Of a stretch of DNA of 64,000 bases, positions 9,936 to 20,169 are shown piece by piece. The notes beneath the pieces were generated by a model. It was not told the origin of the DNA. It searched no databases and was given only the letters and a program-made list of their open reading frames with translations. Source of the DNA: an uncultured Gammaproteobacteria bacterium (lineage in GTDB: Bacteria; Patescibacteriota; Microgenomatia; Daviesbacterales; UBA10151); contig CAYWKL010000001.1 in the NCBI GenBank assembly GCA_964459095.1, positions 21,253 to 85,252 of the forward strand, given 5' to 3'. The first letter of the stretch is position 1; each line of letters starts with the position of its first letter. A program made the position numbers and the translations under genes.

Positions 9936-10716
9936 CTTTAACTACAATATAGGAGATGTACATAGATGGTGTCAATAACCAATAAAAATAACTATCAAGT
10001 TTTTTTACAATCTTTAAACTCTCTCTGAGAAGTCTTTTATTTATAAGTCCTATCAATATTTCTGCAGGTAGAAATAATGTCCACACAGGGAGTCCTCTTG
10101 TAGTCAAAAGTTTAAACCCTTGCGTCCTTAGCAACTTAACTATATCCTTTTTGTAAAAACTTGTTGATTCAATTTCGGCAAAACTACTTCCTCTTAGTAA
10201 TGGTATTAAGCCTCCTAAATTTATAATGTTATACCCAATACTGTTTCTTTCTATTAATATTACTTTTCCATTCTTTTTTAGAATTTCTTTAATTTTTTTT
10301 ATAACTTTTATTTGCTCATTGAGGACTGTGATATACATCAGAGTTGTCACAATAATTATTACATCAAAACTTAGCGGTTTAAATTTAATTTCTTTTATAT
10401 CTCCAACATAAGCTTTAGCTCTTGGATTTAAAGAATTGTTGTAAATGTCAACGTAAGTTTTAGCAATGTCGATGCCGATTATATTTGCTTTTGGAAAATC
10501 TTTCAAAATTCTTTTTGATATTCTTCCAAATCCGCAGCCGAGATCTAAAATCTTTACTTTCTTTTCCTCATCAATTGCATTTTTAATAACCTCATACATC
10601 CATTCATCTAAATAGTCATTTACATACCTGGGTAAGGATTTGGGTAATACACCCTCAATTTTATCTTTATATTTTTTACTTCTTTCTTCCCAAGCACTAG
10701 TAATTTTGGCTTTCAT
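9922..10716 (-). CDS. Class I SAM-dependent methyltransferase
   Basis: ILDLGCGFG motif I, GIDI, FDVI, LKKNGKVILIE. Confidence 0.85.
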   Translation of the reverse strand: MKAKITSAWEERSKKYKDKIEGVLPKSLPRYVNDYLDEWMYEVIKNAIDEEKKVKILDLGCGFGRISKRILKDFPKANIIGIDIAKTYVDIYNNSLNPRAKAYVGDIKEIKFKPLSFDVIIIVTTLMYITVLNEQIKVIKKIKEILKKNGKVILIERNSIGYNIINLGGLIPLLRGSSFAEIESTSFYKKDIVKLLRTQGFKLLTTRGLPVWTLFLPAEILIGLINKRLLRESLKIVKKLDSYFYWLLTPSMYISYIVVKDEDS

Positions 10717-11627
10717 TTTTTCAATTTTAGAGAAACTAAAACAAGAAATACACTCATCTCTGCTATTGTTAGTAAAAAACGAAATGCCAATGCGATTCCT
10801 GATGCTAGGCTAAGTGGAATCTGCGCATAGATACTTAAAAAATAAGCTAGGGAAACCTCAGTTACTCCAAGGCCTCCAGGAGCAATAATTGTTAGGTATC
10901 CAATTAACCAAGAGAAAGCATAAATTCCTGAAATAGTGAGAAGATTTAAATCTAGTTTATGAAGAAAGGCATATTGAATAAGGATAAGTCCGAGTCCATT
11001 GAGAACAAAGTTAAATACAAAAAAAGGGGAAGGGAGTAAAAGATTCCTATTATTTGGCAAGTTACCTCTTTCACCCACATCCTTTTTTGCAAGTTTCAGA
11101 AGTGTATTTAGAATTTTCCTACTTATGAATGGCATTAGTGTTAAGCTGCCTGCTATAAGAAAGAAAAACATAATAAACTTTACTTGGGATGAAGGTATAA
11201 TAAATTCAAGAGCGAATAAAGAAACAAAACAAGCAGCAAGAACAGATAAAAAAATCTCCTGAACTAAAGAAATGAGAGTTTTTTCCCTAGATATACTAAG
11301 CTCGCTTTTAGCAAGTTCTATCCTTCCTAAATATTGCCATACAGTTCCTGGTATGTACCTTGATGTAAGAGAAATTATCCATACACGTAAAGCTACAATT
11401 AGCTTAATTTTCCTGTCTCTTATTAGTAAATACCAACAGAAAGCAGCTTCTGGATAAACAAAAAGTAAAACTATAAATGAAACTGCTAAAATAGCGATGT
11501 CAAGATTTTGTAAATATCTTTCAAATTGAGCCCAATTTAACAACACATTCCTTAGAAGAAAGGAGAGTAAAAGAATAGGAATTAATACTTTAAAGATTGC
11601 CTTAAGTTTGCTTAAATCATTAAACAT
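10713..11627 (-). CDS. Lysylphosphatidylglycerol-synthase-TM/UPF0104 (AglD2-like) flippase-like membrane protein
   Basis: RYIPGTVW and APGGLGVTE motifs, multiple TM helices. Confidence 0.75.
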   Translation of the reverse strand: MFNDLSKLKAIFKVLIPILLLSFLLRNVLLNWAQFERYLQNLDIAILAVSFIVLLFVYPEAAFCWYLLIRDRKIKLIVALRVWIISLTSRYIPGTVWQYLGRIELAKSELSISREKTLISLVQEIFLSVLAACFVSLFALEFIIPSSQVKFIMFFFLIAGSLTLMPFISRKILNTLLKLAKKDVGERGNLPNNRNLLLPSPFFVFNFVLNGLGLILIQYAFLHKLDLNLLTISGIYAFSWLIGYLTIIAPGGLGVTEVSLAYFLSIYAQIPLSLASGIALAFRFLLTIAEMSVFLVLVSLKLKK

Positions 11628-11681
11628 ATCAAAAACTCAACAATTGTATACTAAACTAAACCAATAGTATATTTAAGAAAA

Positions 11682-12851
11682 ATGTCACACTTTCACTCCC
11701 TTTATAGACAATTAAAAAATAAATTTCAAAAAAGCAATTTATTTAAACCCATTTCCTTTTTGTTACTTTTTTCCATCCCGAGCGTGTTAGTTACTTTTTT
11801 TTTACTTGAAATATTTGTAAGAATTTTTCTTCCAGTAAGCGATGCCCCAGATATTTACTTTGACCCAAACTTGGGAAATATATTTGTTCCAAACCAAAAA
11901 GGTGTTTTTGTCAAAGGAAAAAGTAGCGAAATCAAGGCCAAATATAATATTAATAACAAAGGCTGGAATTCCCCCTATGACTATGGGTACGAGAAACCCA
12001 CAGATACAATAAGAATTGCTGTTATTGGAGATTCCTATATCGAAGCTTTGCAAGTTGATTATGATAAATCCTATCCTTATTTACTAGAGAATTTACTGAA
12101 TAAGAATGACAATCACGGAAAGAAAGTTCAGGTTTATACTTTTGGACATTCTGGAGCAAATCTTTTCCACTACCAAAGCATCCTTACTGAAGTAGTTAAA
12201 AAATATAATCCGAACTTTGTAATTATTAACATAGTTTTAAATGACTTTGATGAAAGCTTTTACGGACTAAGCAGAAAAGATAACTGGTCCTTAATTTATG
12301 AGGATTCTAAGTTTAAAAAAGTCTTTCCAAAAGAAGTTAGTAATTTGCCTCTTAAAAAATTTCTTAGACACTCTGCAATTGTAAGATATCTGACTATAAA
12401 TCTCGATCTAGTCAATACTTCACCAATTTTCAACAAACTTTTTTATGCAGAAACAAGAAATTACAACAAAAATGAAACTCCTAAACAAATCGATAAAAAG
12501 ACTATTGCTTTATTGATTCGCTTTGTTTTAGAGAATATCAATAAAGAAAACAAACAAAATAATATAAAAACCATACTTATATTGGATACAGATAAGAAAA
12601 AAGTTTACGAAAATAATTACACCTTTAAAAATTTTTACATTTCAGAAACTAAGAATATTGCTCAACAGTTAGGGATACCTATTCTAAATCTTGAAGAAGT
12701 ATTTGAAAAGGATTGGAAAAATAATCATATGAGATTTAATTTCGAATTTGATGAGCATTGGAATGAATATGGTCATAAAACAATAGCTAATGCCCTTTTT
12801 GAGTTTTTAGACAAAAGGAATTTATATCTTAAGATTTTTGAGAGCAATTAG
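11682..12851 (+). CDS. Membrane-anchored SGNH/GDSL family protein (AlgJ/AlgX-like O-acyltransferase or esterase)
   Basis: N-terminal TM ending LLEIFVR, GDSY, FGHSGAN, NDF, DEHWNEYGH. Confidence 0.8.
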   Translation: MSHFHSLYRQLKNKFQKSNLFKPISFLLLFSIPSVLVTFFLLEIFVRIFLPVSDAPDIYFDPNLGNIFVPNQKGVFVKGKSSEIKAKYNINNKGWNSPYDYGYEKPTDTIRIAVIGDSYIEALQVDYDKSYPYLLENLLNKNDNHGKKVQVYTFGHSGANLFHYQSILTEVVKKYNPNFVIINIVLNDFDESFYGLSRKDNWSLIYEDSKFKKVFPKEVSNLPLKKFLRHSAIVRYLTINLDLVNTSPIFNKLFYAETRNYNKNETPKQIDKKTIALLIRFVLENINKENKQNNIKTILILDTDKKKVYENNYTFKNFYISETKNIAQQLGIPILNLEEVFEKDWKNNHMRFNFEFDEHWNEYGHKTIANALFEFLDKRNLYLKIFESN

Positions 12852-13937
12852 ACTTTTTGACGATGCTTTTTCCCAAGTAAACTGTCTTCCCCACTTAAGA
12901 GCTCCTTTAGACAACTGGTGATAAAGTTTTTTATTGGTTATTAATTTGTGAATTTCATTGGCTAAATCAACAGGACTTCTTTTAGTAATTATTCCACTTA
13001 TCCCATGCTTTACTGAATCTACCAAACCAGCAGATTTGTAAGCAACAACTGGAGTCCCTGCAATATTAGCTTCTATATTAACAAGTCCCCAACCTTCTCT
13101 TTTAGAGGGGTTTACTAATATATGAGCTTTTGACAATAATTCAAATTTCTTTTTTTCATCAATATGTCCTAAAAATTTAATCTTTTTTTTGAAATAAGCT
13201 TTTTCTACCTTCTTTTTTATTTTTTTCTCATACTCTTTTGTCTCCCCTTTTCCTACAACCCAAAAGGAATAATTCTTATTTTTTTTATATAGAAGTTCAA
13301 AGGTTTTAAGAACGTCTTCCATTCCTTTATCTCTTGATAATCTTCCCAAATACATTATGGTTGGGTTTTTCTCTTTCTTGTTTTTTTTGAATTTCACTAC
13401 ACTTACACCGTGATGGATTACATAAATATTACTTTTTTTGATACCAAAGGAAATTAAATCTTTTTTTGTAGAATCGGAAGCAGTAATAAAGATAGTATTT
13501 TTATATATACTAAATATAAGAGGTTCCAAAAGGTAACCTAACAATCCAACAATAAAATTTATTGGGAATTTAAAATGATTGAAGAACCATACTTCTTTTG
13601 CTACTTCCTGGATAATCGCCAATTTAGGATTTTTAACATATAAGGGTGTAAAAAAAGGGATTCCATGAAACTGATCTATTATCAAGTCAAAATTCTTTTT
13701 GTTTTTCAAGTAAAAAAATAACGCAGCAAGCTGAACACCCAAGTATTGATTCCCTTTCCTTATAATTTCTACCTGATCAATATTCTCTTTTCCCCTTGAA
13801 TTTTCAAATCTTGAAGAAAGAAGGGTTACTTTATGCCCTTTTTTTATCCACCCTTTAGAGTGTTCATGAATACTTTGTTCTGCACCTCCTGCTAAGGGGT
13901 GTTTGGGATCTCGCCAAGAAAGAATTAGAATATTCAT
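12822..13937 (-). CDS. GT4 glycosyltransferase
   Basis: WRDPKHPLAGGAE, YLGRL, EGWGLVNIEA (ExxGxxxxEA). Confidence 0.9.
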   Translation of the reverse strand: MNILILSWRDPKHPLAGGAEQSIHEHSKGWIKKGHKVTLLSSRFENSRGKENIDQVEIIRKGNQYLGVQLAALFFYLKNKKNFDLIIDQFHGIPFFTPLYVKNPKLAIIQEVAKEVWFFNHFKFPINFIVGLLGYLLEPLIFSIYKNTIFITASDSTKKDLISFGIKKSNIYVIHHGVSVVKFKKNKKEKNPTIMYLGRLSRDKGMEDVLKTFELLYKKNKNYSFWVVGKGETKEYEKKIKKKVEKAYFKKKIKFLGHIDEKKKFELLSKAHILVNPSKREGWGLVNIEANIAGTPVVAYKSAGLVDSVKHGISGIITKRSPVDLANEIHKLITNKKLYHQLSKGALKWGRQFTWEKASSKSLIALKNLKI

Positions 13938-13945
13938 TGCAAGAC

Positions 13946-15967
13946 CTAATTAATTACCTCCCAAATTTGCGAAATTGAATTTTCATATATTTTCACAATT
14001 TTATAATCTCCTGGAGAAAGTTTTAATCTATTTTCAAAACCTTGATTTTTACTTAAAATTATGTACTTTGCACCTAATTTATAAAGATATTCTCCTGCTT
14101 TTTTGTGATCAGTAATTCCAAAAAGCTTATTATTGTAGAGCAACTTTTTCCCAGATAGTACCCCAACATAGTCTCTTATATTTCCATAAGAAGGATTAGT
14201 ACTATCAAATGTGGCACAAACTAGACATTTTGAATCCTCAACAACTGTAACTCCTTTTTTCTTCACTTTTAAATGTAAAAGAGCGTCATATTCAGACTGA
14301 CTAATTATATATTTATGACTGAGTTTGTTTAAAACTAAGTATGTCACATAAGCACCGCTAATAACTGCAACTGTAAGTATTAACAAATAAAAAATACTAA
14401 GATGCTTTTTTGAAATAAGATAAATAGTAAAAAGAAATAATAAAACACTGGCTATTATAATAATTGGAGTTATAAGTTTGATTTTAGGTCTTATTAAGAA
14501 ATAGATTGTAGCGACAGATAGATTCCGAAGTTTAACTCCTTCTTTATCAACTGGGAAATTCTTATTAATCTGTATAGTAATGTCATCTCCAATCTTTACT
14601 TTAATATAGGGATGATTTAGAAGTTTTGATAAATCTTTTTGAGAAAAATTTTCGAAAACTATACTTTCCTTTTTTAAAATAATTTTTTTATTGTCAGATA
14701 AAGTTATTATTACACCAGCTCCGCTGTAAGATAAGTTAAAGGAATTTATATTATCAAATTTAACTACTGAACTAGGGTCATTTATCTTGTCAACAACAGA
14801 GGGTATGTTAATTAACAAATTGTCCTCTGTAACTTTATCTTTATAGAAAGGCTCCTGAAAGTTTTCTTGATATATCCTAAAATCAACTAATTCTATACTT
14901 TTGGTCTCTGGGTTAAATATAATTCCCATTCTATATTCAGGAGTTTGATACCAATAGCTCCGTACCTTGGTATTTAGAAGATCACTTCCTCCTATTAAAC
15001 TTGAGGGTGTTTCTTTAAATTTGGCTTTAAACCATTTTCCGAATTCTTCCATAGTTAGAAATTCCATTCCAGTCTTATTTGCCAAACCAACAAGTGTATC
15101 AAGCTGTGTCGAGTATGATTTAGAATAAACATCTTCTGGTAAATCCGCTTCTAGCCCAAATACAGCTTGACCAAAGAGGTTAGAGTTTTTTAAGGCATAA
15201 AGTTTAAATAGGTTTTTTAAATAGTCATTATTAAACCCCAAAGTTAAATAATCTTGACTGCTGTATTTACTTACAATTGAATCTCCATAAGCATTTAAAG
15301 GGTCCCTTGGAGCCCACTGAATTGTAACTACACCTAGCTTATTTTTCTCTGTGGCAGGAATTCCTGCATGAAACTTGCTCGGATAAAATGGATATGACCA
15401 ATATTGCCCCCAGATAGAGTAATTATCTGTTGAATACTGATCTGCCACAGAAAGGTTGGTAATTATTCCGTACTTTTTAAACATATACTCTAGCGAGAAA
15501 CTGTCTATCCACCAAGCCCCTACAGATTTTGGATAGAATCCAAATCTGCCTTTAAACTGCGCAAATAGTATATTTATCAATTTAATCCTCTCTTTTTGCT
15601 TATAACCTACTAAAAATAAAGACCGTGCTCTGTGCCAAGAATCAGAAGAATGATAATCTACACCAGCCCTTTTTGCTAAATCAGGTGTAACTTCAACAAA
15701 AATTCCTATTTCCTGTTTTTTGTCAAAATCTTTAATGAACTCAATAATTTTAGAATCTTCTAATACGTCGTAAGTTACAAGCCAAGTAGAGGGTAATCTT
15801 CTTTTTATTATTTCCTTATACTCTGCTTTAATACTTTCAAATGGAGTCTTGTTATAATTTGAAATCCTTACAGGATGGATAAGATTTATGTACTCTTGAT
15901 TTGCAAACACATTTTTTGGGAATAAAGAAAAAAAAATTACAAAAAAAAATAGGATAGTTGTTTTCAT
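13946..15967 (-). CDS. Exported NodB/GH57-like (DUF3863-related) barrel protein with two C-terminal TM helices and a GT-C-type tail domain
   Basis: Signal peptide; LPSTWLV, EIGIFVEVTP, FGFYPKSVGAWWID, DQYSTDNYSIWGQ; homologous to N-terminal half of 44560..47982. Confidence 0.6.
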   Translation of the reverse strand: MKTTILFFFVIFFSLFPKNVFANQEYINLIHPVRISNYNKTPFESIKAEYKEIIKRRLPSTWLVTYDVLEDSKIIEFIKDFDKKQEIGIFVEVTPDLAKRAGVDYHSSDSWHRARSLFLVGYKQKERIKLINILFAQFKGRFGFYPKSVGAWWIDSFSLEYMFKKYGIITNLSVADQYSTDNYSIWGQYWSYPFYPSKFHAGIPATEKNKLGVVTIQWAPRDPLNAYGDSIVSKYSSQDYLTLGFNNDYLKNLFKLYALKNSNLFGQAVFGLEADLPEDVYSKSYSTQLDTLVGLANKTGMEFLTMEEFGKWFKAKFKETPSSLIGGSDLLNTKVRSYWYQTPEYRMGIIFNPETKSIELVDFRIYQENFQEPFYKDKVTEDNLLINIPSVVDKINDPSSVVKFDNINSFNLSYSGAGVIITLSDNKKIILKKESIVFENFSQKDLSKLLNHPYIKVKIGDDITIQINKNFPVDKEGVKLRNLSVATIYFLIRPKIKLITPIIIIASVLLFLFTIYLISKKHLSIFYLLILTVAVISGAYVTYLVLNKLSHKYIISQSEYDALLHLKVKKKGVTVVEDSKCLVCATFDSTNPSYGNIRDYVGVLSGKKLLYNNKLFGITDHKKAGEYLYKLGAKYIILSKNQGFENRLKLSPGDYKIVKIYENSISQIWEVIN

Positions 15968-16710
15968 CTTTTTATATGTTTCCTAGTGTAGAAATTAGTT
16001 TTTAATCTAAAATATACTCCTAAAGTATCCAAAAACATCCGAAAAATTGTTTTCCAAGAAATCCTACTGGTTTTTTTATCAAATTTAACTTCTAAAGGCG
16101 CTTCAAATATTCTCTTAAATCCCAAAGCTCTTGCAACTGCTAAAAGCTCTATATCCATTGCATATTTTTTCACAAACATTCTTGGTAGGACCTTTTTTAT
16201 CACATTTCTTTTAAATATTTTTATTCCACTTTGAGTATCAGTTAAAGGAAGTCCAAATAACGCCTTAACAAATATATGATAACCAATGCTTAAAGTTCTT
16301 CTTAGGAGTGGATAATTTACCCTTGAAACAGGATGCCTTTTTGAACCAATAATTATATCTGCATTATACCAAGTCATATGCGACATCAACATCATAATAC
16401 TAGCCGGGGAAATTTCTCTTCCTGCATCTATAAATGAAACGAGCTCTCCCCTACTTCTCATAATCCCATACCTTACCGCAAATCCCTTACCCCTATTTTG
16501 AGGGTAGTCAAAAATTCTAATCCTCTTTGATTTTAAATTTTTTACTTTTCTTTTAGTCTCTTCAGGATCACCATCGATCACACAAATAATTTCAAAATTA
16601 AAATTTTTTAGCCCTTCTAGTAAAACTTTTTCTATAGTTTGTAAATCTTTTCTTAAAGTTCTTGCCTGTTTGTAAGCGGGTACGATAACTGATAGTAATT
16701 TCTTTCTCAT
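15964..16710 (-). CDS. GT2, dolichyl/polyprenyl-phosphate glycosyltransferase-like
   Basis: LSVIVPAY, NRGKGFAVRYG, IIGSKRHP, DTQSGIK, DIELL. Confidence 0.85.
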   Translation of the reverse strand: MRKKLLSVIVPAYKQARTLRKDLQTIEKVLLEGLKNFNFEIICVIDGDPEETKRKVKNLKSKRIRIFDYPQNRGKGFAVRYGIMRSRGELVSFIDAGREISPASIMMLMSHMTWYNADIIIGSKRHPVSRVNYPLLRRTLSIGYHIFVKALFGLPLTDTQSGIKIFKRNVIKKVLPRMFVKKYAMDIELLAVARALGFKRIFEAPLEVKFDKKTSRISWKTIFRMFLDTLGVYFRLKTNFYTRKHIKR

Positions 16711-16749
16711 TGCAGAAACCTATTGTATATTTTTTTAGCTGATTATCAA

Positions 16750-17994
16750 TCACCTTCTAAGGAGGATTATTGTAAGGATTGAAAGTATTATTAGCATAAT
16801 AAATGAAACCATCAACGAAACCATTATTACTTGTATTAAACTACTATGAAAATAAACTATTAAAATTATTTGAAGTAATGCTCCTATACAAGGGATAAAA
16901 ACAGTTTTAACTTTTCCTATTGATAAATTGAAATTTATTACTACCCAAGCTAGCGACAAAACAGTAATAAATAACCCATATGGAAGCAAAATCTGTGAAC
17001 CACTTAGGTAGGCTTTTCCAAAAAGAAGGGATATTGCTAAATCCGGAAATAAAAAATATATAAAAATAATGACCGAACTAAAAAATAATGTAATACCTAG
17101 TGTTAATAAAAAAACCTTAATGAATTTTTCATTATTTGAATTTTTCATCGAAATTATCGGAAACATTACTGAAGTAACTGGGGCAACTGCAAAGAAAATT
17201 ATTTTACCAAGGGAGGATACTGATGCGTAAATCCCTGCATTGAAACTATCAAAAAAATGCTTAACAAGAAGAACATCAGATGAGTAAAATGAAGTTAAGG
17301 TTATAAATTGCAAAAAGACCGGAATTGTATAAAGAAAGATAGATTTCATCTTTATTATAGAGTTTGATTTTTGAGTTCTCCTAATGTCTTTTAAGAAGTA
17401 AAAACTAAGTCCCCATCCAGCTATTGAGGCAATTAGAATCCCTAGTAAAGCTCCAAAAACTTTAAGTCCTAACAATACTAGTGCAAACCATAAAAAAAGT
17501 TTAATTAAAGTGTCAGAAAAAATACTTCCGACAAAAAGCCCGAACCTCAACATTCCTTGTAGGATTGCGCGATAAAATGCAGCCGGGATAAAGAAAAAAA
17601 ACCCAATTGAAACCAAATACAATAAAAAAGTATTATTAATATTTAAAAAGTCTGATATATTTGATGAAAAGATAGAAATTATAAATACTAAACCAAAACT
17701 TAAATAATAGATTTTTTTATTCAATAAGCTATAAATTAAGCGAATTTCATTTTTGCTTTTTGCTGATGATACAAATTTAACTATTACAAGGCTAAGAGAT
17801 TGCGGAAATATCGCCAAAATGGTTACCAAAGATATTAGAGCTGCAAGCACTCCATAATCAGAGGGTCCTAGCACTCTGCCCATAGTCATATGATAAATAT
17901 AATTAATTGCATTTGCGCCGTTGGTCCCAAGAACCATAATTAAACTACCTGAAAAAAAAGGGTGTCCAACCACTAGTAAAAAATTTTTCCTCAT
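16750..17994 (-). CDS. Wzx/MOP superfamily oligosaccharide flippase
   Basis: About 12 TM, RVLGPSDYG, DVLLVKHFF..AGIY; start set to ATG overlapping upstream TGA (ATGA at 17991-17994). Confidence 0.85.
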   Translation of the reverse strand: MRKNFLLVVGHPFFSGSLIMVLGTNGANAINYIYHMTMGRVLGPSDYGVLAALISLVTILAIFPQSLSLVIVKFVSSAKSKNEIRLIYSLLNKKIYYLSFGLVFIISIFSSNISDFLNINNTFLLYLVSIGFFFFIPAAFYRAILQGMLRFGLFVGSIFSDTLIKLFLWFALVLLGLKVFGALLGILIASIAGWGLSFYFLKDIRRTQKSNSIIKMKSIFLYTIPVFLQFITLTSFYSSDVLLVKHFFDSFNAGIYASVSSLGKIIFFAVAPVTSVMFPIISMKNSNNEKFIKVFLLTLGITLFFSSVIIFIYFLFPDLAISLLFGKAYLSGSQILLPYGLFITVLSLAWVVINFNLSIGKVKTVFIPCIGALLQIILIVYFHSSLIQVIMVSLMVSFIMLIILSILTIILLRR

Positions 17995-19151
17995 GATACC
18001 CAATATCCTCTAAAAAAAAGCGAACTTTCTATAAAGAGCAAAACTCCTGACACAATTATATATAAGAATCTAAAAAAGATTGGCAATTTAGCCAAAATTA
18101 TTCCTAAAAAAATAAAACCAGGGAAAAGGACTAGCACATAACGCGGAAGAGAAGAAAAACTACCTTGGAATGTTGGTACAATAAATCCTAATACCAAATA
18201 TATCATGTATTGGTAATTAATTTTTTTGACAAATCCAAATATGATTAAAAAAATAAAAAGTAGTGCGCTAATAAATTCCAAAATTATAGTTTGATAGATC
18301 ATATTCCATTGATTAATATTCAGAAGTATTCTTATATATCTAAATATTATCTGCGGTATGGTAACAATTCCTTGCTGATGTTGTTCCCCAACAATAAGTT
18401 GTTGGTTATAAAAGGCAAATGGATCTTGGGCAACAATAATAAGATTAATCATATATACGATTAATCCCAGTGGAATAATAAATATCCAAAAAAATTTAAA
18501 TCTATTTTTCCCAAAAAACTTTGGAACGAACGAAAAGAAAATTAATATCCCGAAAATTCTTGTTACAGATGCAAAAAGACCAAAAATTGATGAGTATAAC
18601 CACTTATTTTTCCTTGCCAAATAAAAAGAAACCAAAGTCAAAAATAGAAATAATGATTCAGAATATACTGCGCCAAAAAAAAATGAGGTAGGATATAAGA
18701 CTAAGCTCAAAACAGCCAAAAAAGCAATTTTTCTAGAATGATCAATTCTAATTAAATCATAAAGAACTATTAACGATAGCAAAAAGAACAAATTATTAAC
18801 TAATACTCCTATAAAAATCGGATAAAAGTAACTTGTGAAATCATTTACGATGAGTGGTTGTGATAAATAGCCAATCACCTTAGGATATAGAGGGAAGAAG
18901 GCATACTGTAGGGGTTTGTAACCATTAACTGCTATTGAAATAAAATGTTCTCCATCAAAGTTTGCCCAAGAAAAAAATTCTGGTAGAAGAGAGAAGTTTT
19001 TATATGTGCCGCCTAAAAACTTGTCTGTTGAGAAAATTGTCAAATATCTACTTGAGAAAAAGAGCGCTAAAAAAGTAATTAGTTTCCAGGAAAAAAAAAT
19101 TCCTAATATTGCCCAGAAATCAGATCTTATTTTTTTAATCTCCCAAAGCAT
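17991..19151 (-). CDS. PIG-V-like (GT76-like) GT-C mannosyltransferase
   Basis: WANFDGEHFISIAVNGY, AFFPLYP, YSESLFL, SLPRY; start set to ATG 19151. Confidence 0.8.
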   Translation of the reverse strand: MLWEIKKIRSDFWAILGIFFSWKLITFLALFFSSRYLTIFSTDKFLGGTYKNFSLLPEFFSWANFDGEHFISIAVNGYKPLQYAFFPLYPKVIGYLSQPLIVNDFTSYFYPIFIGVLVNNLFFLLSLIVLYDLIRIDHSRKIAFLAVLSLVLYPTSFFFGAVYSESLFLFLTLVSFYLARKNKWLYSSIFGLFASVTRIFGILIFFSFVPKFFGKNRFKFFWIFIIPLGLIVYMINLIIVAQDPFAFYNQQLIVGEQHQQGIVTIPQIIFRYIRILLNINQWNMIYQTIILEFISALLFIFLIIFGFVKKINYQYMIYLVLGFIVPTFQGSFSSLPRYVLVLFPGFIFLGIILAKLPIFFRFLYIIVSGVLLFIESSLFFRGYWVS

Positions 19152-20169
19152 ACTTATAAACCTCAATTGTTTCTTCTGTGCATCTGCTCCATGAGAATCT
19201 CTTAATATTCTCAAACCCCTTTTGTACGAGCTTCTTTGCAAGTCTTGGATCGCCTAAAAGTTTTCTTATCCCCTCTTCAATTGAGGAGGGATTGTATGGA
19301 TTAACATAAATTACACCTTCTCCTCCTACCTCTTTCATAGCTGATATTGGGCTTGTAATAACTGGAGTTCCGCAAGCTTGTGATTCAACAATAGGTAACC
19401 CAAACCCTTCATAAAATGATGCAAGAATAGTTATCTTTGCAAGATTAATTGTGCAGACCAAATCTTCAGTCGGCATAAATCCTTTAAGGTGTATTAATGG
19501 ACTTTCTTTAAACCTATCAAGAAACTTCTTATAAGAAGATAACTCTTTGTGTTCTGAAATTGTAGTAGTGAAACTGTTTCCTATCATTACTAAGTTAACG
19601 TTTGCCGACTCCGCGGCTTCTGCAATCCCATAAAGATTTTTATTCCAATTTATATCCCCATAATAAACAATGAATTCTGAAGGAAGGTTATATTTTTTTG
19701 AAACATTATCTAATTTATTTTGGCCCTCTATTTTAGTGAATTCTCTAGAAGGGGCAAGGTATATCGGAAATACCTTTTCTTCCTTTACTGACAATTTTTT
19801 TTCAATATCTTTTTTTGAGGAATAAGAATCTGTGATTATGCAGCTAACTTGTCTTAAAGATAGTTTCTGTCTTAAGAGATTAATGCCTCCTTTTATACCT
19901 TTGGGATAATGCTCTGGGAAGAGTAATGGAATCACATCATGTATTGTCACAACAATAGGGAAGTTTTTAAAAAGAGGCAGAGTGTGATTGAAAAAATCAA
20001 AGGTTGGGTAATGAACAAGATCAACTCTTCCTAGAGCAGACAAGTCCTCAAATTCAATTACTGAAATTTTTTTCTTTCTCAAATTTAGAATGAGATTTCT
20101 TGTATAGTTACCTATTCCTCTTTTATCATGACCCTCTTTTAAATTTCTAATACTTATACCAACTTTCAT
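19135..20169 (-). CDS. GT4 glycosyltransferase (MtfB/WbpY-like mannosyltransferase group)
   Basis: RGIGNY, VTIHDVIP, YEGFGLPIVESQACGTPVI. Confidence 0.9.
   Translation of the reverse strand: MKVGISIRNLKEGHDKRGIGNYTRNLILNLRKKKISVIEFEDLSALGRVDLVHYPTFDFFNHTLPLFKNFPIVVTIHDVIPLLFPEHYPKGIKGGINLLRQKLSLRQVSCIITDSYSSKKDIEKKLSVKEEKVFPIYLAPSREFTKIEGQNKLDNVSKKYNLPSEFIVYYGDINWNKNLYGIAEAAESANVNLVMIGNSFTTTISEHKELSSYKKFLDRFKESPLIHLKGFMPTEDLVCTINLAKITILASFYEGFGLPIVESQACGTPVITSPISAMKEVGGEGVIYVNPYNPSSIEEGIRKLLGDPRLAKKLVQKGFENIKRFSWSRCTEETIEVYKYALGD

Noticed and set aside
15928-15949. Two A9 tracts (T9 on coding strand) in a signal peptide; similar tract at 19091-19099
   Set aside because: Could suggest phase variation, but such runs are expected from Phe/Lys codons in an AT-rich genome and both frames are intact.
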